Positions 12,681 to 25,819 of a DNA stretch of 64,000 nucleotides are shown here, in pieces. This DNA is from Octopus vulgaris (lineage: Eukaryota). A program made the translations under genes and the position numbers. Under the pieces are notes generated by a model that saw only the letters and a list, made by a program, of their open reading frames with translations, did not search any database and had not been told where the DNA came from. The stretch is from contig OX597832.1 in the NCBI GenBank assembly GCA_951406725.2, forward strand, positions 68,572,001 to 68,636,000, written 5' to 3'. Numbering within the stretch: position 1 is the stretch's first letter; the number at the start of each line of letters is the position of its first letter.

Positions 12681-14231
12681 CAATGCACTGTTGCATGGAT
12701 GCACAAAAGAGAGAGAGAGAGAGAAGGGGTGGTGTGAAGTTATGATAAGAAGTATCAACAAATATTTATCCGTTATAGTGGAAGCCTAATTTATATTATT
12801 CCAGATTTCTTTGATGCAAAAGAATCTAAGTAGATTTCTTTTATTCTCTAAGACTATATAAAATCATCGAAGAGGAAAATATTGTTAGGCACATCTTCCT
12901 CGCAATAAAACTATAACAACATTTAGAACAATAACAAAAAGAAAAAAGATAACCAAATAAAAGGAAAACTACAAAAAAAAAAAAAGAAAATGATTAATAT
13001 TTTGCGATGTTGTAAACTATCTCTGTATGTAGAAGATGAACATTGTAACATTTAGAATATCTGAAATTATGTTTTCATAAATCTTTTTCATTTGGTTGTC
13101 AAACAAGATTTATTTCATTTGTTTTTGTATTTTTATTTTAATCTTTTTTTCTGTTCTTTCACTAGAAATGTTATACTTTAATTTAAACACACACTTGTTA
13201 AAAATCAATATTCACACTTTCGGGCTTTTCGGATTTACATGTTTTATGTTGTTTATTTATTTGTTTTTGTTCTTTATTTCTTATTTCCCCTCCCCCCACT
13301 CTTTATGATGTTACATCCATACACCACATCAATAGAAATCTGTGTCTATCGAACAGGGAATAACAGAAACTTTGTATAATAAAATATTTCATTTCCAAAG
13401 GCAGTATCTAGCAAAATTAGAGAGAGAATAGACAAAAATGCCAACAGCATTTAGTTACATCTCTTCACATTCTGATTTCAAATCACCCTGAAGCTGAATT
13501 CATCCTCCATGGCCTCAACACCACCACCCATCCACCCTAGCACCTTTCCCACCTTTTTTTCCAATAACCCTAATCATCCAATTTTTTCCCTGTTCCCTGC
13601 TATATTCCCTGACCAATACCAGTGTAGAGATACAGTCGGGGTATGTGACTGATGCATGCTGTGCCAAAATGGTCATTATTTTGCCAGGATTTGAAAAATG
13701 ATAAAGAATACCCACCATGGGGTGGAATTTGGATTTAGAACATGAAGAATAGTAACAATTGTTTTGTCAAAGCATGTATGCCATTCAACAACTGCTGCTT
13801 TAATTTTACTGTCTCATTAAGTGTGGGTGCAACTCATTAATTGAATTGTAAGATTTAATGCAAGTAATGGTTTGTATTTAGTCAGAAGGTCAGTAATTTT
13901 GAGAAGAGGGGTGCTTAGTATCATGTACCCCTGTACATGACACATATTTCATTATATTGACTCCAGAAGCACGAAAGAAACTGGTGACCTGAGCAGTATT
14001 TGAACTTGGAATGCAAAAGAGCCTGAAGAAAATCACCAGCATTTTACTTCACACTAAGTGCTGACTAGAGGTAAAGATGAACGACAGACCAGCACTTCAA
14101 TTACAAGACTATTTGTCATTGCAAACACTACACAGCAGTTGTACCTTTTGATATGTGGTATATTTGAAGAACGGCTAATTCTGCTAGTTTCAAGGGAATC
14201 ATGAATTATTTAGTGAAAGTGAAATAATGCA

Positions 14232-14452
14232 AAACTCTCTTAATACCAACCTATCTGAAAATTCCCCTGGTTCTGGCACAAACTTCCTGTTTAAAGTGTT
14301 CCAAATTGAAACCTTGCAGCATAATTTCATGCCAATTTATGTTCAAATACCAACTTGATAAAAGAAAATTTATTTTAGATCTTTCATTCTTCTTGAAGTT
14401 AATGAAAACAAAAGTAGAGGATTTCAATGGAAATATGGTAACAGAAGGGTTA
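14232..14452. mobile_element. Degenerate MITE with TTAA/piggyBac-like ends
   Basis: Left end aactctcttaatacca is roughly the inverse of right end tggtaacagaagggttaa. Confidence 0.4.
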
Positions 14453-14864
14453 AAATATCAGGGTACACACATTTAAATAATATTTACTCTGAAGAGAAAC
14501 ATCAAACTCTGTAATAAAATTAGTGAAGTGGTCAACTAAAAAGTTTCATGACATGTATAAAGTCCTAATAAATAGGCAAATTCTTGCTTTCACTTTAAAG
14601 TTGGTGCTTATTTCACTTTAGTTTTGGTATTAACTTTATCAGTCTGATAGGAAAACATCTAGGTACCCCCTCTACAACTCTCAGATCTTATGAAGCAAAC
14701 ATAAATACTTCTATATATTTAGTCCAACAACCTGCAGCATTAACTTGCAATACCACTCTAATTTCTCTCTCTCTCTCTCTATCTCCCCCCTCTCTCTTTC
14801 ATCATCATTGTTTAACGTCCGTTTTCCATGCTAGCATGAGTTGGACAATATAATACACACACAC

Positions 14865-14911
<47 letters not shown>

Positions 14912-17900
14912 CACATACACACACATGTATTCACACACACACACACACATGTATTTGAATGTAATGCCTAAAATGGCTCATTCCTGCCCCACTATCATAC
15001 TTTAGCTTCTCAATAACTGACCCAAAACCATTTCCTTCTCTGCTGTATCCCCATTCAGGTGAAGAAACTTTTTCTAGTGAGATACTTTGTGATCTCACTA
15101 ATGCCTATAACACTAAAATTACATCCAGGACACACTGCAAAATGGTTGGCATTAGGAATGGTATTCAACAGTATAACTCTTGCCAAAGAAGACATTTCAG
15201 GCCAATATAGGCCATGGATTAATGGGATCCACTTGAACCGACTCACCAAAGTTAGCATGGAATATGGACATCAAATGACAATAATGACAAATAATAAGTT
15301 TTTGGTAAGAATTGTAGACCAAAGTGTCAGGAAAGAATACACAGGAAACCAAAAATTATTCTCCCGTTTACTGGCACCTGACCCTGGCCTCATTGACAAT
15401 TTTAATTCATCTAATTGGATTTCTAACTTAGAATTTATGGAGTTTGTTAATTATAATCAATGGTTCATTGTTTTGAATGTCATAAAATGTTGCCCAATGT
15501 TTAACTTTCTCCACTCTTCTTGGCATATTATTTGCTTTTCCTACTCAGACATGAGACAAATAGTTTAAAAGTGGGTGGGAAGCATTATCACAGTAATCAA
15601 CCGGTGTGATATTGATAATATTAGAACCTGAAACCATGTGGTTGGGAAGCAAGCTTCTCAGCCATTTAGCCATACTCATACCTCACTGTTTAAACACACA
15701 CACACACACACACACACACATTCAACTAGTGTATCACTGATAATTCTATTATTTATCCTAGTGAAATTTCAACTTCGAATAAAGGTGAAGTGAGATGTCA
15801 GATAATCTTATGCATCTTAGACATTCTCTCCTTCAAAGACTACAGATCTGAAGAATAATTTCTTTGATGTGGATTTGACACCTCTACACTTTAAGGAAAT
15901 ACCATTCACTAGACATAACAGGACAATAATTTTGAACTACAGCCTCACAACCCATGAACTGTCAACATCATTCAACCATGCATGCATTTTGCATTCAGAC
16001 GAGCTGAAGGCAAACTTCCTGTAGTAGTAGCAGTGATTCTAGGGAATGAAGGATGTGTGACTGTATGTGGAAGCTACAATGGCTTGTTTAGTGCAAAATA
16101 CAATGGTTTGTGGCAGGTGTTTAAATTGAAATGCCTACTAATATTAAATCATGCATTGGTTCGTATTTCCAGTAATAAGTTGTGTAAGCTGAAACAAAGT
16201 ATGAAATCCACAAGAATGAAACATAAGGAACAGTAGACATACCCAATACAGCCTTGTGAAAATATTAAAATTTTCCATACTCCCATCTTTGGTTTGGACA
16301 CAGTAATGTTCACTGCATACAAGTAATTGTTGATATAACAGATGGATACTCCATACAGTGCAATAATACTACAGAGAGATTCCCAGTTCTTGATATCCTT
16401 GAAGTTGATTACAAGCATCAGCAGAAACTCATGGCGGCTTAATTATAAAGTTCCATGGAAAGGTATTTCCACTGCACGACCTACTACACCTTACTCCCAC
16501 CTGTTCCTCTAATAAATGCCCATCAACCACCTATCTACCTCCATCATCATGTAGATGGTGACTTATACCCATATGGTATGGCAAACACTAGTTGAATTTA
16601 TGGAACTTCTTTATAAATTACCTTACAACCACACTAAGGACAAAACAGAGGAACTGGAAAAAATGCTACGAGTGGCAGGCAGTTTTAACTTATGCCAGTC
16701 TCAAAAATAAAACTATTGTTACTCTACATGCCAAATCTAATCTCATAAAATTAAATCTCCATTTTGCTGAACAAGATTACTACTCAGACATGAAAGGTTT
16801 TCAAGCCACATGTTCTGTTTTTGTTAATCCATGTACATAAGTTCTCTTCTACTTTTAATTATTTAAATTCTTCCTCAAAGGAAGAAGCTGGTTTGTAACA
16901 CACATACAAATCGCCATTGTGGGAATGTAGATAACAAAAACATTTTGAATTTTGGAAAAACATTGTATATTTTGACAGATCCACTGACTGTGTTTTAGAT
17001 GTGCAAATTACGTGGTTGATTTCTTTTTCAGAAAACTCTTACACTTGCAAATTGTCCTTTAGGCATTTACTCACAAAACCAATTGCACCAGATAGCATAA
17101 ATATGAATTTAGAAAAGCTGAACGTTTCAAAGCAGTCTTCTCTATTTATACTCTTTCTCTTTCACTTTCAAAACATTATTTGTATCACTGGAGCAGGTGA
17201 TCTTTATGAAGGTCCATGCTTTTTCCCATTTGTCGCAGGCAACAATGTTCAACCTGTAATTAAGGTCTGTGTGTGTGTATATGTGTGTATCTATGTATGT
17301 ATGTTTGCATGAGTGAGTGTATATTCCTGTTTACTGATTGTGTAATTCATGTTATGCAGTTGTGTAATTACCACATACAGAATAGTGTTAAGCATTGTTA
17401 TTTCTTCAAACAGCTTGTCATCATCATTATCATGACAGCCATCATTAATATCTCTCACATAGGATCAAATTATCAAAAATAAAAAAATAATAAAAAAGGA
17501 ACTAATTGTCTCATTCCATTTCTGAACAACTGCACAAGTTATTTTACTATAAAAAACAAAACTGGAAATAAATGGTGACATGAAAAAGAAAAAACCTAAA
17601 CAAAAAATTGTTTGTAGTAACAGTTCTGCAATGATAGCGATGGTGTTGGTGGTGGTTTAAATAAAATTAACAAACAGATGCTAATTAAATTCTATACCAT
17701 TTAAATCAGCATTTCAATTGGAGCCTCGCAAATTAGGATATTTGCTTTGAGGGGAATTTTCAAGTAAAAACATGTAAATTAATTTCATATGATGTTATTT
17801 AAAAAAAGCTAACAAAGATTCAATTTAGCTTTCCAATGGATGACAAAATGGGAAGGCAGCTATGGACATTACATTTAATTTCTATTGTTTTGCATTTTAA

Positions 17901-18211
17901 ATTCTATAAATATTTATCCATTTGTTTACTTTTACATGAAATGCAGAAATAAGTAAAATTCCAGAGACAAATAATTTATGAATCATTATGTTTATATTGT
18001 TTGGATTCTTTCCTTTGTTACTCATTTCACGTTTTGGTTGGCAAACCATGGAGGGGTCGTGCAGTTTAATTGTGCATTAGGGCTGCATGTTGATTGGAGT
18101 CATCAACTAATTTGCATGGGAATATATTTCGTTAATATCATTGTTTGTCCATGACAAAAGCATTTTTGGTTAGAACACATGCATTCCTAGCAAATACATA
18201 CATACATAAAT

Positions 18212-18439
18212 ATAGTAAATTCCAAAAAGCAAAGAACAAACACAAGAAACACAACAACATGAGGCCGTGGTACACGTAAAGTATTAGCAGATGCTCAGGG
18301 AAGGAAAGAAAGGTGGCTTATGTTTTGAGCAAAGCGCTTCTTCAGAAACAGAGAAAATTCCAATAGAAAAAGAAGACAGAGGAAAAAAATCACCAACAAT
18401 TTGCATGTGGTTACATTTTGAAATGACCGGAAGGGAATG

Positions 18440-18440
<1 letters not shown>
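18212..18440 (-). mobile_element. Short non-coding repeat carrying a decayed minimal hammerhead (18316-18349)
   Basis: Homologous to 35392-35590 and 38682-38860. Minus strand reads gttt CTGAAGAA gcgc ttt gctc aAAA cata agcc. Confidence 0.6.
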
Positions 18441-18470
<30 letters not shown>

Positions 18471-18531
18471 ATACACAAGTACACACACATGTGAGTGTGT
18501 GTGTATATATATATGTATGTATGTATATATG

Positions 18532-19008
18532 TATATCAATCATAAGAGCATGCAAAGGTGCATACCTGCTAGAAAGAGGAGTTAAATACGACAGAAAAAC
18601 AACAGTAGTCAGGTGAACAGGCCAAAAGAAATCTTTCACATAGCCCAATGCTCTGTGGATATACTTGGACCATGGTTTCTGATCTGACAAACACCCTCAC
18701 CTTCGTTCTGATTTTGGTGCAAAACAATTCAGAATGCCAGCAGACTTCAGATGGGTTGTAAAGGTTTTTCAGTCAGTAGTATTTGCTGAGGAAGGTGATG
18801 CTGCTTGTCAGACCAGAAACCATAGTTCAAGTATCTCCAAATACCAAGAAATATATAGAATTAGGCTATATAGGTTATGCGAAAAATTTTTTTGGGGACT
18901 GTTCACCCGACTACAGCTGTTTTTCTGTCGTATTATTGGTGGTTTAAATGAGGGTTTAACTCCTCTTCCTAGCAGGTAGGCGCATTTGTCTGCCCTTATG
19001 ATTGATAT
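18532..19008. mobile_element. Old palindromic HHR cassette with diverged inverted arms
   Basis: Three blocks of inverted homology, e.g. tatatcaatcataagagcatgcaaaggtgcatacctgctagaaagaggagttaaa vs its inverse at 18954-19008. Begins in a TA/TATG tract. Confidence 0.9.
18779..18834 (+). ncRNA. Type I hammerhead ribozyme, probably decayed
   Basis: gtatttg CTGAGGA [weak stem II] GAAA c cata g TT caagtat. The left-arm minus copy reads GAAA ccatgg TC caagt (palindromic stem III, GUC site). Confidence 0.7.
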
Positions 19009-20117
19009 AAATTTTACTTCTATAGCTATCAAATGTTATTTTAGGCCTGCAACCAATTATATTATTGTTGTTGTTGTTGTTGTTGTTGTTATTATCAACT
19101 ATTTATATTGCTGCAGATAATAATAACAATAATAATATCTATATAAATATTCACTCCTGAATATTTGCTCCTTATAATATATATATATATACACCGTGCC
19201 GGTGGCACGTAAAAGGCACCCACTACACTCTCAGAGTTGTTGGCGTTAGGAAGGACATCCAGCTGTAGTAACTCTGCCAAATCAAGATTGGAGCCTGGTG
19301 CAACCATCTGGTTCGCCAGCCTTCAGTCAAAATCGTCCAACCCATGCTAGCATGGAAAGCGGACGTTAAACGATGATGATGATGATATATATATATATAC
19401 ACACAATTACACCCACACATGTGTATACATACACACAATATATGTATTATACAAATACATATATGCTATTATCACACTTATATATCTATATTATATCCAT
19501 GCATTCATATATATATATACACAGCAATATACTATATGTATGTATGTGTGTATGTGTGTGTGTGTGTGTGTGTGCATGTGTAAATATGAGCATGTTTTGA
19601 TTCACACTGCTAATTTTTCTCCTGCAGATATTTCTACACATCACAATTTTTCCTATTTTTACTCATGTTTTTCTTTCCTATTCTCGTTATGCATAAAACA
19701 TTTATGAAGAGTTCATTAAATACAAAACAAAACATAAGTAGTCACATGTTATCACAATAATTCTGCCCCCACCATACACACCCCCAATGTCAAAAAAAAA
19801 ACAACAGTAACAACAAGATGTTTCGATTTCATAAAATATGGTAAAAATAAATTAAATGCCAATTCTATGGAAGCATTGTTTCAGAAATAGTAAAAATACA
19901 CACACACACACACACAAAAAAGGAAGAGAAAGTTTTACTTCATCTATTTCAATATGCTATGTATAGCAGTTAGCACTTACCTTCTTGCAGTTGACAAACT
20001 CTTTTAATGTAGCACTTTCTCTTTTTTTGTGATTAAGTGTTGATTCCATTGTCTGTGTGAAATAAGAAATTAGTCATGAATGTGTAAGCACATGCATATA
20101 CATACATACATACATAC

Positions 20118-20184
<67 letters not shown>

Positions 20185-20813
20185 CATAAATATTTACATA
20201 CATATATACACACACACACACACAAATATATATATATATATATAGACATATATACACATATCTACACATACACACACATAAACATATACTTACACATATA
20301 TATATCATCATCATATATATACACATACACAAACGCACACACATGTTTATTTGCATGTGTATATGAATGTATGTATATATATATATATATATATATACAT
20401 AAATATATACATATATATACTTATATACATATATACACACACACATACACACACACACGCACACACACACACACACACATATAGAGACATATATGTATAT
20501 ATATAAACATATATATGCATGTATGTATATATGATTATGTGTGTGTAACTTGTGTAGCTAAGTGTTAAGAAAAAAAGCAAAGAACCCAACACACACAGCA
20601 TATACCAAAGTGTAACAAACACATAAAAAATATATATGAATCCCACATATAGAAAATGTTGCAAGAAATCTTAGCAGCTTGAAATATCAAATAATATGAA
20701 CATTACAGGAAAACTTTTGATAAAATAAATTACACAACAGCCACAGCTGGGGAATTGTAATGAAAATCTTACCACATTTAAAATTAATTTCACTTTCCAA
20801 TCAATATACATAC

Positions 20814-20865
<52 letters not shown>

Positions 20866-23278
20866 TGGTTATACTCATATATGTGTGTGTGTATATATGT
20901 ATATATATGTATGCATGTATGTGTATGGGTTTATGTAAATGTATGCATAGAATACTTTTAGGAACATTTAATTTTAGACTAATACATTTCAGCATTTCTA
21001 AAACATTCTATGAAATGAGTTGAATTGTTTAAAGTATTTCATTTTGTAGTGAAGTTTTACTTCTATGCGGTTAATTGATCTGCCTGAAACAGCAGCCAAA
21101 TCTGCATGTTTTTCAGGTCAGATTGAGATGGTTGGGCACAGCTGTTGGGACACTGGTGATTTGCTATATCTTTTGCAAAAGCCTTCAGCTAACCAAAGAC
21201 TTGTGAGTAGATTTAATGGACAGAAACTGAAATAAGTCTACGGTGTGTGTATGTGAGAGAGAGAGAGAGAGAGAGAAAGTGAGAGAGAGAGTGTATGTGG
21301 GCATTTGTGCATGCATGCGTGACAGCAAGTTTGGTCCCACTGCATGGTATCGTGGTCAAATATTCTTTTCTCTAGTCTTGGATGAAGCTTTGGGAGTGAA
21401 ACTGAACAGAAATGCAAAACATGTTACACAAAAATATTTTGATTTTAAAATCCGATTCCCTTTGTGACTCACAAAATAGCCTCACTCTTACTTCACTTCA
21501 ACCACATTGAGAACATCCACTACTGGCACCCACTATTGACTCAAAATGTTCACAACAACCTACAAAAAACCATTATCAACAACCGTATTAATGATTAAAA
21601 ATGCAACACAATGTTTTCATAATTAACAAGGAAATGAATCGACAACATCACTCATATCTCTTCCTCTAACATTCCCTGCACTAGTGACTGCCTGTCTTTC
21701 TCTCTGTCAATGTGCCTCACACCCAATGTCCATTGAAATGCTCAACATCAAACATAGACTTGGTGTATCATTATTATTTGGTGTTTTTCTCTTGGTGCAA
21801 TTTAAAAAACAGCAATCCAGGTTTCCTGGCAACTTCCAGCAAAATTGAACAAATTAAAGCCAATGACGTCTTCTTTTAATTTATTATTCACAAACATCCA
21901 CAGCATATAAACTTACAACCTACATGTCATAAAACATTCCCTGCAGCAGGATGATAAAACACACATGCACACATGCACACAAACGCACACATGCACGCAC
22001 ACACACACACGCACACACATACACTTCCATATCACAATTCATTTTTCTCTAACTCTGTGTGCACATACATATGTGTGTGTGCGTGCACATGCATGTGTGT
22101 GCAATATATATATGTGTGTGTATGCAAACAAATACACAATTTAATACCCACGATCACATGCACTCATGCAGATACACATGCCTACACATGCACACAGACA
22201 CTCATCTATCTTTATATCTACCTCTCTGTATCTATCTATCTATCTACACACATAACATTCAATATATATATATGTATGTATATATAAATATATATATATA
22301 TATATATGTATGTGTATTTATATACATATAATATATATATATATGTATGTATGTATGTGAATTTATATATATACATATATATGTATATATGTATGTATAC
22401 ACACACACACACACACACAGAGGATTGAATTTATCATTTTCTCAGCCAGAGCAGTTTTTTTGGGTTCTTTTTCTTTTCTTGTATTAATATTATTTCCTGA
22501 TATCAATTGCTGTTGTTCTTTGAAGCAAACTAGATTGTTTTCAGTGGGGGGGGGGGGCAGTGAGAAGGGAGTGATGAAAGAGCAAGAGGAAGAGTTGTAA
22601 GCTATTTTATTTTTATTTTTCTCTTCTTCTGTCTCCTTTTCCATTTTTTGTCATACTTTTACCTTTGATTTTTTTTTTTTATTTCTTTAAAATATAAGAA
22701 CAAAAAGAACACACACACACACTCACATACAAACAAAAGAAAAAAACATATACGAAAAAAGAAGAGAAACACACGGACTGATGTTAGTAATGTAATGTTA
22801 TGTTATGAACTCATATTTCATTATATTTGCTTTGGTTGACTGCACATGATGAAATAGGTCCTAATTTAATCAACAATTGTCTAGACAAGCCACATATATA
22901 CAAAAAGCACTGACAATAATATTAATAATAATACTGATAATAATGACACTAACAGTAATAAGAACGACAACAGCAATGATAATAGTAATAATAATGAAAT
23001 AACTGACAGCTACTCATCTGTGACTCCTTATTTAGCCCATCTAATCTCCTGAACAAACTAATATGTTTAACACAGGATTTCTAAACCAGACACCAGAAGA
23101 AAAAAAAGTCAATGTGAAAAACAAAACAAAAACTAACCAGAAAATTGTAATTCGAAAATATGAAAAAATAAATGACTAAAAAAAAATATACAAAATATTT
23201 TTAAAACATTGATACAGCAAAAATATAAAAATTATCTCAACTTTGATATGTTTGCCTGTGAGTATATGTGTATGCATG

Positions 23279-23310
<32 letters not shown>

Positions 23311-24514
23311 TGTATGTATGTATGTATGTATGTATGTATGTATGTATGTATGCACATATATATATATATAAATATATAGAGAGAGACAAACCCATAAACC
23401 CATAAATATAGAATTGTGTTTTTGCAGATTCAATTAACTTTTTAAATTCGTTTTAGCAATAATTTATTCAATTAATCAATTAATTGTGTGTGTACATGTA
23501 TTTGTACATATGTGTGAATGTATATATGTATATATATGTATATATATATATATATATGCACATATATATATACATATATATATATATATGCATATATATA
23601 TGTGTGTGTGTGTGTCTATGCACACATATATGTATATTTGTTCATATATATACATATACATATGTATACATGTATACATATATATAGTAAATATATGTAT
23701 AAATGTGTACACATATATATATACAAATATATACATGTATATACCTACATATACACACACACACACACATATATATATATGAATACAGACATTCATATAT
23801 GCACACATACACATACATATCTATTAATCCCTACACATGTTTTCTCTCTCTGTATTTTTATTCTCTCTCCATTTTCTTTCTTCTTATCCTTTTCTCTCAA
23901 ATAGCATGAGCTCAAAACGTCAGTGACTTTCCCATTCTTCCCAAGTGTCAAACTAATACACTTGCTTGTTGTTCCATCACCTAACTACACAAATAAATGC
24001 ACGCACACACACACACAGATATATTATCTGAAAAGTATGCTATTAAATATCAATCATGATCTTACCAATCAGTTTTGCATAAAGAATACAATGGAGTGTA
24101 AGGTAACAATCCAATTATATATACATTTTTGTGGGTAACAAGGCTACAAGTGGTTTCACATCTTGTGAGTTACTTGGTGACCCTGGCAGCGCTGGTGCCA
24201 TGTAAAAAAGCATCCAGTTCACACTATGAAGTGTTTGGCATTTGGAATGGTATCCAGTTGTAAAAACCATGCCAAAATTAACTTTGCCTGTGTTAGTGCC
24301 ACATAAAAGGCACTGAGTCCACTCTGCAGAGTGGTTGGTGTTAGGAAGGGCATCCAACCATAAAAAACTATGCCAAAACAGACACAGAAGTCTAATGCAG
24401 TCTTCCGCCAGGCCAAATCCTGTCAAACCAGCCTACTAATGTCAGCATGCAAGGCAGACCTCAAATGATAATGATGATGACGTGTGTATATTTATATATA
24501 TATACATATATGCA

Positions 24515-24675
24515 ATTTAAAAATAGGATAAAATCTTTATAAGAATTTCTCATAAGAGAAAAATCCACCAATGTTTCTCTTAAATATATTTATTTATATT
24601 ATATAGAGGGCGTTACTATACATAAACGCCACACACTAGGAGGGACTCTTAAAGTCAAAATGACCAAAATAAACA
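24515..24675 (-). mobile_element. Fragment distantly related to the 480-nt HHR unit at 44831-45310
   Basis: Shared motifs taagaa..ctcataagagaaaaa, tatatagagggc and tatacata.a.gcca.ac.cta.gagggac occur in the same order. Confidence 0.65.
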
Positions 24676-24685
24676 CATCAACACT

Positions 24686-24731
<46 letters not shown>

Positions 24732-24738
24732 CATATAT

Positions 24739-24785
<47 letters not shown>

Positions 24786-24908
24786 AAATAAGGGCAAAAG
24801 AAAAATTCTAATGCTAAATATGCCTGAAAAAGACAAAATTGTCAATAACCATTATAATTTAAGTGTCTCGAAACAAGCCGATAGAAATTTCTAAAAAAAT
24901 CCGTTATA

Positions 24909-25340
24909 GGCGCAGGAGTGGCTGTGTGGTAAGTAGCTTGTTTACCAACCACATGGTTCCCAGGTTCAGTCCCACTGCATAGCACCTTGGGCAAGTGTCT
25001 TCTACTATAGCCTCGGGCCTGACCAAAGCCTTGTGAGTGGATTTAGTAGACAGAAACTGAAAGAAGCCCCGTATATATGTATATATATATATATGTGTAT
25101 GTGTATGTGTGTGTGTTTGTGTGTCTCTATTTGTCCCCCTAGCATTGCTTGACAACCGATGCTGGTGTGCTTATGTCCTCGTCACTTAGCGGTTCGGCAA
25201 AAAAGACCGATAGAATAAGTACTGGGACTTACAGAGAATAAGTCCCGGGATTGAGTTGCTCGATTAAAGGCAGTGCTCCAGCATGGCCTAAGTCAAATGA
25301 CTGAAACAAGTAAAAGAGTAAAAGAGTAAAGAGTAAAGAG
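24909..25340 (+). mobile_element. Full-length CORE-like tRNA SINE
   Basis: A box TGGCTGTGTGG, B box GGTTCAGTCCC, CORE-like caccttgggcaagtgtctt, internal (TA)/(TG) tract and (AAAGAGTA)n tail. Confidence 0.88.
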
Positions 25341-25342
25341 AG

Positions 25343-25403
25343 TTACCATACTTGTCCCAATTTCGAGGTTAATTCATAAGAATTTTCCCCTCCTCAGCGA
25401 TAA
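25343..25403 (-). ncRNA. Type I hammerhead ribozyme (left arm)
   Basis: Minus strand: ttatcg CTGAGGA ggggaaaattcttatgaattaacctc GAAA ttgggacaag TA tggtaa. Confidence 0.75.
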
Positions 25404-25471
25404 ATACTTAAGGCATAAATGAAATACTTACTCATGGGTATGAGTATGTATTTCATTTATGTCTTACGTAT

Positions 25472-25532
25472 TTATCGCTGAGGAGGGGAAAATTCTTATG
25501 AATTAACTCCGAAATGGGGACCAATACGGTAA
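25472..25532 (+). ncRNA. Type I hammerhead ribozyme (right arm)
   Basis: ttatcg CTGAGGA gggg-aa-aattc-ttat-gaatt-aa-ctcc GAAA tggggaccaa TA cggtaa. Stems I and II pair; stem III is imperfect. Confidence 0.8.
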
Positions 25533-25819
25533 TAACGGATTTTTCTTGAAATTTCTATAAATTTCTTAAATTATAATGGTTATTGACAATTTTGTCTTTT
25601 TCAGCATATTTGGCATTAAAATTTTTCTTTTGCCCTTATTTTATGTTATTTATAAATTTAAACTTTAATGGTATTTTTTGATATGCTGGCCTTTGATAGA
25701 ATTTTTTTTCGGAAAAAAGTTTATCGTACATTAGTTATATATATATTTATATATATATATGTATGTGTGTGTTTATTTATATATATATATGTAAGTATAC
25801 ATATATACATATGCATATA

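Larger units (their letters stand above)
24781..25736. mobile_element. Palindromic HHR cassette in (TA)n, with a SINE inserted in the left arm and a 3' tail at 25647-25736
   Basis: 24781-24907 plus 25343-25435 is the inverse of 25440-25646. Centre tactcat-gggt-atgagta. Confidence 0.92.

Noticed and set aside
15059-15568. 169-aa ORF
   Set aside because: Runs through a decayed SINE/RTE-type 3' end; no protein motifs.
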